This document shows positions 37,994-44,044 of a stretch of 44,044 nucleotides of DNA, one piece after another. The notes below the pieces were generated by a model. That model was not told the DNA's origin. It searched no databases and saw only the letters and a list, made by a program, of their open reading frames with translations. Origin of the DNA: Nitrospirota bacterium (lineage in GTDB: Bacteria; Nitrospirota; Nitrospiria; SBBL01; SBBA01); assembly GCA_038067655.1 (NCBI GenBank), contig JBBTNS010000058.1, positions 1-44,044 of the forward strand, given 5' to 3'. Within the stretch, counting starts at the first letter, position 1. Each line of letters opens with the position of its first letter. A program made the translations under genes and the position numbers.

Positions 37994-38401
37994 CTAGGTC
38001 AGCACCCAGTGTTTATCGGGGGTAACAGCATCAAGCAATTCAAAGAATTTTTCAATAGAGGGAACAGACTTCCCCTGTTCGTATCTTCCATAGGTGTTGG
38101 GAGAGCGGCTCCCCAAACGAATCGCTGTCTCCGCGAGGGATAAGCCGGAAATCTGGCGTTGTCGCTGAAGCAATAGCGCAAAAAGTGGGGCAATGGGATC
38201 AGACCAGAGTTCAAGAATTTGATCGTCAATAGATTCAACAAAAACGTGAACCTCTTTTTGGTCAAGCAAACATTCAAAATAATCCTTGATCATATTCAGA
38301 GCGTCCTTTCTCGATTTCCCTTGCGTCATCGCATCAAAGAGCGGCACTTCAATCAGCCAGAATTTCCCGTCCTGCCACATTCTTCCTTGGAATCGAATCA
38401 T
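37994..38401 (-). CDS. hicB: HicB-family antitoxin with C-terminal XRE HTH
   Basis: WLIEVPLFDAMTQG.S..DAL.MIKD plus RQISGLSL...YGRYEQGKSVPS; ATGA overlap with hicA. Confidence 0.85.
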   Translation of the reverse strand: MIRFQGRMWQDGKFWLIEVPLFDAMTQGKSRKDALNMIKDYFECLLDQKEVHVFVESIDDQILELWSDPIAPLFALLLQRQRQISGLSLAETAIRLGSRSPNTYGRYEQGKSVPSIEKFFELLDAVTPDKHWVLT

Positions 38402-38577
38402 ATTTTCTCCTTTTCAATTTTGCGAAGAATGGCTTTCGCCAATTGCTCATTCACCTCGTTGTGCCGGGGAATACACTCCGTCTGGAACCCGTTTGTCCAA
38501 ATGTCGTGATTTCCACCGTGCCTTAAATACCACCAGCCTCGCCGAGTCATCGCCTTTTCGAGGTCTTTTCTTTTCAT
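38398..38577 (-). CDS. hicA: HicA-family toxin (59 aa, absent from the ORF track)
   Basis: Hand-translated MKRKDLEKAMTRRGWWYLRHGGNHDIWTNGFQTECIPRHNEVNEQLAKAILRKIEKEKI*; GxH and PRH motifs. Confidence 0.88.
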   Translation of the reverse strand: MKRKDLEKAMTRRGWWYLRHGGNHDIWTNGFQTECIPRHNEVNEQLAKAILRKIEKEKI

Positions 38578-38586
38578 CTCTAATTT

Positions 38587-38615
38587 ATTTTACACCAATA
38601 TGTGTTTAAGCGCAA
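38587..38615 (-). promoter_or_regulatory. Candidate hicAB sigma-70 promoter with operator palindrome
   Basis: TTGCGC-N17-TAAAAT on the minus strand, overlapping ACAC-N6-GTGT. Confidence 0.5.
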
Positions 38616-38640
38616 TTTTAGCAGAGGTGTCAACAACCAA
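38590..38640 (-). pseudogene. VapC/PIN toxin N-terminal remnant
   Basis: TTG-start MVVDTSAKIAL... begins 3 nt after the stop of the upstream antitoxin-like ORF and stops after 16 codons. Confidence 0.5.
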
Positions 38641-38643
38641 AGG

Positions 38644-38901
38644 TCATTCCCATAAGTCATTTTCATTTTTAAATCGAAGTTTGGCAGAGAGGGGTGCTTT
38701 GAGATCCAAACCTAACCATGCCCGATACTCCATTTGCGAGTCGGTTTTTTTCAGGCGGGCTGCCGATTCCTCAATGGCAAGACGGATGGCCTCCGATTTT
38801 TGAGTGAGATTCGATCGCTTCATGTAAAGTTTGAGGTCTTTTTCAAATTGAGGTGTGATATTGATATTAAGCTGTTTCATATATACAAAAGTATAGCCCA
38901 T
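38644..38901 (-). CDS. Ribbon-helix-helix antitoxin-like protein
   Basis: MKQLNINIT...KSEAIRLAIEE pattern; followed by the PIN remnant. The start may be the second Met. Confidence 0.65.
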   Translation of the reverse strand: MGYTFVYMKQLNINITPQFEKDLKLYMKRSNLTQKSEAIRLAIEESAARLKKTDSQMEYRAWLGLDLKAPLSAKLRFKNENDLWE

Positions 38902-38949
38902 GTACAGGCATGGAACAATACGGTGTATTCCAAAAGTCCTCCGTACGCA

Positions 38950-39288
38950 CTCCCCTCCCCAGTTGAGGAGGGGTTGGGGGTGGTCTGTTTCAATAGGCTA
39001 ACTTTTAACCACTGTTTTTTGAGAATTGCTCTTCGGTGTCATTCCGGAATGCCTCTGTCCGGTATCCAGCCTTTATGAAAATTCTGGATACCGGCCTTCG
39101 CCGGGATGACGTCGTTTGTTTTGTCGTCGCAGGACTTAACAGTAAAAGCCTTTCTTATTTATATAACAGAACTTATTTGTCATAACACTAGAGTAACTTA
39201 TATGGAGCCATGCCAAGAACAAGGCTCATTGCTTGTGACATAAATATATTCTAACAACCCCCCCCTCCCCCCCTTTACTAAGGGGGAA
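38950..39288. repeat. Cluster of REP-like palindromes
   Basis: CCCCTCC..GGAGGGG (38950-38983), GTCATTCCGG..CCGGTATCCAG/CTGGATACCGG..CCGGGATGAC (39038-39110) and CCCCCTT..AAGGGGG (39257-39288). Confidence 0.7.
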
Positions 39289-39375
39289 TTGCCATAGGGC
39301 TTCTATATCCATTCCGCGACCAACGGGAGCGGGGATAGACTGCGAAGCAGTCGTACTCGGAGTGGCCGTAGCCAC

Positions 39376-39417
39376 AAAAAAAGCCGACTCAAAACCTTTA
39401 TGGTTTCGAGTCGGCTT
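39376..39417 (-). terminator. Intrinsic terminator of leader copy 2
   Basis: AAGCCGACTCGAAACC/GGTTTTGAGTCGGCTT stem followed by a U-tract. Confidence 0.8.
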
Positions 39418-39421
39418 AAAA

Positions 39422-39467
39422 CCCAACCGATTCTGATTTCAGAATCCTTCAGGCGATTTTCCGATAT
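39422..39467 (-). ncRNA. Putative cis-regulatory leader RNA, copy 2
   Basis: 45/46 identical to 40991-41036 and followed by a terminator. Confidence 0.7.
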
Positions 39468-39472
39468 AGCTT

Positions 39473-39602
39473 GGGCACCCCTAAAACCGTCACGAGCGAC
39501 CCAAGTGCGAGGCGCACGGCTCAGCACAAACGGATAACTTGTTGATTTACAATCATAACCGTTTTCACTGAGCCTGTCGAAGTGCAGTTTTTAGAGGTGC
39601 CC
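39473..39602. mobile_element. 130-bp MITE variant with an internal REP-like segment and IHF consensus
   Basis: GGGCACCCCTAAAACCGTCACGAGCG ... GTTTTTAGAGGTGCCC; AATCAACAAGTTA on the minus strand at 39535-39547; no clear 4-bp duplication. Confidence 0.78.
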
Positions 39603-39603
39603 T

Positions 39604-39927
39604 TTATTGGTCTTGATCGTAATCGGGCCAGACCACATCAACATCCGAGATCATCATCACTCCCGCATAATCTTGGATCAAGTCTCTAACCTCCTCCGCG
39701 ATCCGTACTGCGGCATTCTCATCCACTAGTGTGATAATCATGGCGTTTGCATAAAGGTCGGACACCCCTCCCCCCCTTCGATATCCCCGGTGACCCCGCC
39801 CGGTGACGGACTCATGGACCGTGTAGCCGGATGCGCCTGCCTGATCGATAATCTTAAGGACTTGTTGCAGTTTCACCGCCTCGATGACGATCTCGACTTT
39901 CTTCATTCTTTTTGGATCGTAAGGCAT
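39604..39927 (-). CDS. sbtB: PII-like regulator SbtB
   Basis: MKKVEIVIE...GASGYTV...GRGHRG pattern; AAGGAGG RBS; directly after sbtA. Confidence 0.85.
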   Translation of the reverse strand: MPYDPKRMKKVEIVIEAVKLQQVLKIIDQAGASGYTVHESVTGRGHRGYRRGGGVSDLYANAMIITLVDENAAVRIAEEVRDLIQDYAGVMMISDVDVVWPDYDQDQ

Positions 39928-39940
39928 CGCTCCTCCTTGG

Positions 39941-40927
39941 TTAATGAATCCATTTTGCCAGAAAGAGATAGAGGGGTATCCCGATCGTGACATTGAACGG
40001 GAAAGTAATCCCGAGGGCAAGGGTCATCGAGTAGGAGGGATTCGCCTTCGGCAGGGCAACGTGCATGGCGGCGGGCACAGCGATATATGAGGCGCTTGCG
40101 CCAAGGATGGCAACGAGGAGTGTCCCCCCGATACTCATCCCCAGCAACTTGCCGGTCGCAAGGCCGATCGCCGCGCCAATCAGCGGCATCAGAATCCCAA
40201 AGCCGGTTAAGAAGAGGCCGACCTGACGGAAATCGGCAAAGCGGCGGGCGGCCTCGATCCCCATGTGAAGAAGGAAGAGGCAGAGTACTCCTTTAAATGG
40301 GTCGAAGAAGAAAGGGCCGACCGTCTCCGCCCCATGTTCACCGGTCACCGCCCCGATGATCAGGGCACCCACCAGGATGACGACGCTTCCATTCAATAGT
40401 GCCTCTCGGAGGACTTCTCCCGCCGGGGTACCACCTTCAGCCTTTCTTCCTGAAGGGTCAAAGAACGTCGCCAACAGCAGCCCAATGGCAATCGCAGGCG
40501 ATTCCATCACTGCCATCATCGCTATTGTGTAACCTTCAAATTCATATCCTTCTCGGGTCAGGAAAGCCGAAGCGGCTAGGAACGTGACCGCGCTGACCGA
40601 GCCGTAGTGCGCGGAGATCGCAGCCGCATCAACCACCGAGAGGCGACCCAGCCACCGCAACAGGGAAAAGGCGATCAACGGTAGAAAAAGGCCGAGGAAG
40701 CCGGCTGCCAGACAAGCCCAAATTACGCTTGCCGTCCACCCTTCGTGGGCCAACTCCATACCCCCTTTCAATCCAATCGAAGCCATCAAATAATAGGAGA
40801 TACCGCGCACCATCGCTTCAGGAAGATGAAGATCAGATTTCAGCACTGATGCAATCCATCCCAGCACAAAAAAGAGAATAATGGGAGAGAGAAGGTTATG
40901 CGTTGCCTGCTGAATAAACTCATTCAT
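39941..40927 (-). CDS. sbtA: Sodium-dependent bicarbonate transporter SbtA family
   Basis: KSDL.LP, IGLKGG, AHYGSVSAVTF, MESPAI, ASASYIAVPAA and LGITFPFN motifs. Confidence 0.93.
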   Translation of the reverse strand: MNEFIQQATHNLLSPIILFFVLGWIASVLKSDLHLPEAMVRGISYYLMASIGLKGGMELAHEGWTASVIWACLAAGFLGLFLPLIAFSLLRWLGRLSVVDAAAISAHYGSVSAVTFLAASAFLTREGYEFEGYTIAMMAVMESPAIAIGLLLATFFDPSGRKAEGGTPAGEVLREALLNGSVVILVGALIIGAVTGEHGAETVGPFFFDPFKGVLCLFLLHMGIEAARRFADFRQVGLFLTGFGILMPLIGAAIGLATGKLLGMSIGGTLLVAILGASASYIAVPAAMHVALPKANPSYSMTLALGITFPFNVTIGIPLYLFLAKWIH

Positions 40928-40945
40928 AGTCTGTCCTTCAACAAT

Positions 40946-40986
40946 AAAAAAGGCCGACTCAACAAAGGTTGCTGTTGAGTCGGCCT
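40946..40986 (-). terminator. Intrinsic terminator (attenuator) in the sbtA leader
   Basis: Perfect 14-bp stem AGGCCGACTCAACA/TGTTGAGTCGGCCT plus a U-tract, ending 18 nt before the sbtA ATG. Confidence 0.85.
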
Positions 40987-40990
40987 ATTG

Positions 40991-41036
40991 CCCAACCGAT
41001 TCTGATTTCAGAATCCTTCAGGCGATCTTCCGATAT
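40991..41036 (-). ncRNA. Putative cis-regulatory leader RNA, copy 1 (sbtAB)
   Basis: AUAUCGGAAGAUCGCCUGAAG-GAUUCUG-AAAU-CAGAAUC-GGUUGGG, located between a promoter and a terminator. Confidence 0.72.
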
Positions 41037-41044
41037 GGTTTCAG

Positions 41045-41087
41045 AATACTACGCTACCTATTCGCTCCAAGTAAAGCCAAAAATCAT
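41045..41087 (-). promoter_or_regulatory. Candidate sigma-70 promoter, copy 1
   Basis: TTTACT-N18-TAGTAT; the block is repeated at 41796-41838. Confidence 0.6.
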
Positions 41088-41108
41088 TGTGAATGGAGTG
41101 TCTCTTAA

Positions 41109-41142
41109 CCCATCCCCACCTAGCCTCCCCTTGAAGGGGAGG
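41109..41142. repeat. REP-like hairpin
   Basis: CCCATCCCCACCTAG-CCTCCCCTTGAAGGGGAGG; same type at 42432-42461 and 10026-10076. Confidence 0.6.
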
Positions 41143-41161
41143 AATAAGGATGGTGTGTTTC

Positions 41162-41719
41162 TTAATGGCTTTCGTGTTTCTCGTGCAGGATTTTTTCGGT
41201 CCAGGCCAGCAGGATGGAGGAGGCCAGAAAGGTCATGTGAATAATCACCTGCCACATCACACTACGATAGTCTCCATCTTTCCCCATGGATTCGATGTTG
41301 ATGAAGGTCTGTAACAGGTGGATACCCGAGACGCCTACCAGGGAACCGGACAGCTTGATCTTCATGGTGCCGGCGTCAATATGCTTCAGCCAGTCCGGGC
41401 GGTCGGGATGGCTATCTAAATCCAGCTTGGACACAAAAGTAGCATAACCGCCGATGGTCACCATCGTGAGAAGATTGGCGACCATCGTGATGTCCACCAA
41501 CGTTAATACCCCCAGCATGACCTCTGTCTCGGTCATCTGCCCCAAGTCCCAGGTCATGTGCCAAAGGTGCTGCAGAAATTTGAAGGCGTAAAGAGCACCC
41601 GCCAGAATCAGGCCGACGTAAAGCGGCGCCTGAAGCCAACGGCTCGCAAAAATAATGTGTTCAATCGCTTTCTCAGTCGCCTTGCGGCTATCAGTAAGGA
41701 AGGAGGTCTCTTTTTTCAT
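41162..41719 (-). CDS. UPF0114 / TIGR00645 (YqhA-like) membrane protein
   Basis: IFASRWLQAPLYVGL, LVDITMVANLL, GGYATFVSKL and KIKL...SGIHLL motifs. Confidence 0.88.
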   Translation of the reverse strand: MKKETSFLTDSRKATEKAIEHIIFASRWLQAPLYVGLILAGALYAFKFLQHLWHMTWDLGQMTETEVMLGVLTLVDITMVANLLTMVTIGGYATFVSKLDLDSHPDRPDWLKHIDAGTMKIKLSGSLVGVSGIHLLQTFINIESMGKDGDYRSVMWQVIIHMTFLASSILLAWTEKILHEKHESH

Positions 41720-41756
41720 TTTTCTTTATTGGAAAGGTTCTGACAAAGGACGGTTG

Positions 41757-41786
41757 GTAGGGGCAGGCCTATCTGCCTTCCCCTAC
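41757..41786. repeat. GTAG-type REP palindrome
   Basis: GTAGGGGCAGGC-CTATCT-GCCTTCCCCTAC. Confidence 0.7.
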
Positions 41787-41795
41787 GATAAATGA

Positions 41796-41838
41796 AATAC
41801 TACGCGATCTACTCGCTCCAAGTAAATCCAAAACTCAT
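41796..41838 (-). promoter_or_regulatory. Candidate sigma-70 promoter, copy 2
   Basis: TTTTGGATTTACTTGGAGCGAGTAGATCGCGTAGTATT, near-identical to copy 1. Confidence 0.6.
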
Positions 41839-42203
41839 CGGGAGAAATGATCCTCAAGGTTTTCGTTCAACGTAAAAATAATCATTCGTTCCCCGGTCTT
41901 CGTGCTGATATCAGTGTGAAGGCTAACCACTTTGAGGCCAGTGACCTTCTCAATGGCTTCTTTGATCAACGATTTGCCCTGCTCTAACAAATTGGAACGT
42001 ATTTTTTTAATCAGGTTGATTCCCTCCGAATTTTTGGCCAGCTGTTGCTCCGCCGGTGTCAGCACCCCCTTCAGCCGCACCAAAACCATATCCTCAATGA
42101 CGAATGCCTTTGTTTCTTGTGGGCCTCGGCCCATGTAGTCTTTTTCAAACTGAATTAAGGCATTGCTAATTTCCGCCTCGATCTGGCCTTTTGTCCTTTT
42201 CAT
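41835..42203 (-). CDS. DUF2294 (MpsC/YbcI family) protein
   Basis: TKGQIEAEIS...MGRGP, LKGVLTPAE and SLHTDISTKTGER motifs. Confidence 0.88.
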   Translation of the reverse strand: MKRTKGQIEAEISNALIQFEKDYMGRGPQETKAFVIEDMVLVRLKGVLTPAEQQLAKNSEGINLIKKIRSNLLEQGKSLIKEAIEKVTGLKVVSLHTDISTKTGERMIIFTLNENLEDHFSR

Positions 42204-42262
42204 TGGATTACCCTTTCAAAACAGGAATACCGCGTAATTTTGTCATGTTACATGATGCTGTT

Positions 42263-42300
42263 CCCGATCGGCAACCATATACAGAAATGGCGAACTACTT
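42263..42300 (-). ncRNA. Putative leader motif upstream of DUF2294, related to the sbtA leader
   Basis: GUAGUUCGCC...CCGAUCGGG versus GAAGAUCGCC...UCGGUUGGG, with an internal hairpin GCCAU/AUGGU. Confidence 0.45.
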
Positions 42301-42463
42301 TGTGCGAGACCTGACGACACTTAGCCGTCGCATTTGCTGTATAGCAGAAAATATTAGACAATCCAAAAGATTTGAACAGACGATACAAAGATATAAAAAT
42401 GCAATAATGCGGGCCTGAGGCTATTTTTCATCCCACCCACCCTCCCCGGCAAGGGGAGGGACT

Positions 42464-43588
42464 CTAATCGGCACGGTTGCCGAGGGTGAAAAAGAACGTG
42501 GCACCGGCGTCCACTGCCGCCTCGGCCCAGATTCGGCCACCGTGGCGCTCAATGACACGCTGAACAATAGCCAGACCGACGCCGGTCCCCTCGTACTCGC
42601 TACTACTGCCGTGCAGACGCTCGAACACCTGGAAGATCTTGGGGGCGTATTTCAAATCGAAGCCAATCCCGTTATCCTTCACGAAGAAAACCGGTTCGCC
42701 TTCGGAAGCGCTGTCCTCGCAACCCACCTCGATCACGGCCGATTCGGAATGACGCGTAAACTTCAGCGCGTTGTTGAGTAAATTCATGAATACTTGTTTC
42801 AACAAAGCAGGGTCGGCCTCGGCGACACCCAGATCGCTAATCCTGATCTCGATGTTTCGCCCTTCCTGCTCCGCGCGCAACTCTGAAAGCGTGTCACGAA
42901 TAAGGTCGGCCATGACCACCGGCTGCTTCAGAATGGACTGATTGGACAAGTGCGCGAAGGACAGCAAATCCCGGAGAAGTTGATCCATTTGCTTGGCACG
43001 GTTGGGCATCAGGTTCAAGTATCGCTGGGCTTCGGGTGGCAACTCGAGGGCATAGTCGGAAAGCAGAATGTCCGCAAAGCCGTCGATGGCGCGCAGCGGA
43101 GCGCGTAAGTCATGGGCGGAAAAAGAATTGAAGGTTTCCAGTTCCTTGTTGGCCGACTCCAACTCACCTGTGAGTCGGGTGCACTCCTCCATCTTCTGTC
43201 GCAGTTGGGTCTCCGCCTTGTTCTTGTACAGAGCTATCTCAATGTTGGAATGCAGCTCTCGTTCCGTAAAAGGCTTCACGATGTAGCCGTAAGGCTCGGT
43301 GACTCTGGCCCGCTGTAAGGTGGGCGGGTCTGTATAGGCGGTCAGATAAATGACCGGCAGATGCCATCTGCGGCGAATCTCGGCGGCGGCGTCAATACCA
43401 TCCATCTCGCCTTTTAACACAATATCCATCAGAATCAGTTGGGGGGAGGTCTGTTCGGTCAGGGTAATCGCCTCCTGCCCGGACGAAGCGATCCCTGCGA
43501 TTTCATAACCCAGGTTCAGGAGCCGAGCCTCCAGTTCCCGCGCAATAATGATCTCGTCATCCACAATTAGGATTCGTACGGCGGCCAT
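42464..43588 (-). CDS. Hybrid response regulator - histidine kinase (REC-HisKA-HATPase)
   Basis: ILIVDDE, LMDI..KP, AHDLRAPLR, NLLNNALKF, DNGIG and GTGVGL motifs. Confidence 0.92.
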   Translation of the reverse strand: MAAVRILIVDDEIIIARELEARLLNLGYEIAGIASSGQEAITLTEQTSPQLILMDIVLKGEMDGIDAAAEIRRRWHLPVIYLTAYTDPPTLQRARVTEPYGYIVKPFTERELHSNIEIALYKNKAETQLRQKMEECTRLTGELESANKELETFNSFSAHDLRAPLRAIDGFADILLSDYALELPPEAQRYLNLMPNRAKQMDQLLRDLLSFAHLSNQSILKQPVVMADLIRDTLSELRAEQEGRNIEIRISDLGVAEADPALLKQVFMNLLNNALKFTRHSESAVIEVGCEDSASEGEPVFFVKDNGIGFDLKYAPKIFQVFERLHGSSSEYEGTGVGLAIVQRVIERHGGRIWAEAAVDAGATFFFTLGNRAD

Positions 43589-43593
43589 AACAA

Positions 43594-44043
43594 CTACCTT
43601 CGTTCCTTGTAATGAATCTCACCAAACGTGATCTGGAATTTCGTGCCCTGGCTATTTTCGACGACCAGGTTTCCATCGATCTGCTTCGTCAGGTCCGCGA
43701 CCAGTTTCAGGCCCAGCGATTTGCTCTGCTGATAGTCATACAGGCTGGGAAGCCCGATCCCGTTATCGCACACGTTCAAAACATATTTCCCATCCTGCGT
43801 CTTCCGAAGTTCAACCCGGACATCACCCCCTTTGCCATCGGGAAAAGCGTGTTTTAAGGCATTGGACACCAGCTCGTTGATGATTAACCCACAGGGGATG
43901 GCGGTGTCGATTCCCAGGTAGACCTCCTCGACATCGCTATGGAGCGAGACCCCTCCTTGCCCGACGCCGTAGGTATGAATCATCTCCGCCAGCAGGTCGT
44001 GGACATAGTCGCCGAAGGCGAGCTTTTCCAGATCGTGGGAGCG
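43594..44043 (-). CDS. HisKA_2-type sensor histidine kinase, C-terminal part (runs off the window)
   Basis: AIPCGLIINELVSNALKHAF, DNGIG and SLGL motifs; the frame is open to the window edge. Confidence 0.88.
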   Translation of the reverse strand, partial: RSHDLEKLAFGDYVHDLLAEMIHTYGVGQGGVSLHSDVEEVYLGIDTAIPCGLIINELVSNALKHAFPDGKGGDVRVELRKTQDGKYVLNVCDNGIGLPSLYDYQQSKSLGLKLVADLTKQIDGNLVVENSQGTKFQITFGEIHYKERR

Positions 44044-44044
44044 G

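Noticed and set aside
39200-39216. TTGGCATGG as a sigma-54 promoter on the minus strand
   Set aside because: There is no GC at the -12 position.
39226-39527. ORFs 39226-39426 and 39303-39527 as genes or leader peptides
   Set aside because: They run through the MITE, leader, terminator and REP sequences and have no RBS or protein motifs.
38950-39602. CRISPR array or integron cassette array
   Set aside because: The repeats are heterogeneous palindromes without regular spacing, and there is no cas or integrase gene.
39928-40020. Longer 138-aa SbtB
   Set aside because: It overlaps the sbtA 3' end; AAGGAGG supports the ATG at 39927.
40946-41036. Naming the leader as a known Na+, Li+, fluoride or c-di-GMP riboswitch
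   Set aside because: I could not match a known consensus with confidence by eye; it is left unnamed pending an Rfam search.

Overview
Bacterial chromosome segment, probably Nitrospirota-like (inferred from gene content only). Most of it is housekeeping: pgi, tRNA-Ser(CGA), tadA, asd, lysA, corA, mscS, a sulfite reductase-TusA fusion, holA, lptE, leuS, lnt, tusA, iscS, hpt and tatA. Three accessory blocks interrupt it. (1) 11.0-16.0 kb: a CCxEP-tail radical SAM gene and a sensor-less sigma-54 activator sit next to a complete enhancer/IHF/sigma-54 promoter that drives CBS, small-protein, degenerate-MoeA and CheY-like genes. (2) 16.8-22.4 kb: a GT2-GtrA/GT-C/SGNH envelope glycosylation cassette. 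(3) 37.5-42.3 kb: an inorganic-carbon uptake locus with DUF2294 (MpsC), UPF0114, sbtA-sbtB, a truncated dabA and toxin-antitoxin debris. The strongest candidate for a new system is in block 3. A 46-nt structured leader followed by an intrinsic terminator occurs twice, once before sbtAB and once before the decayed dab region, and a related motif precedes the DUF2294 gene. This suggests an RNA attenuator, possibly read by DUF2294, that controls bicarbonate transporters. Separately, a 142-bp MITE with a 4-bp target duplication has inserted just after the start of iscS and supplies a replacement in-frame start codon. All protein calls come from recognised motifs, not database searches.
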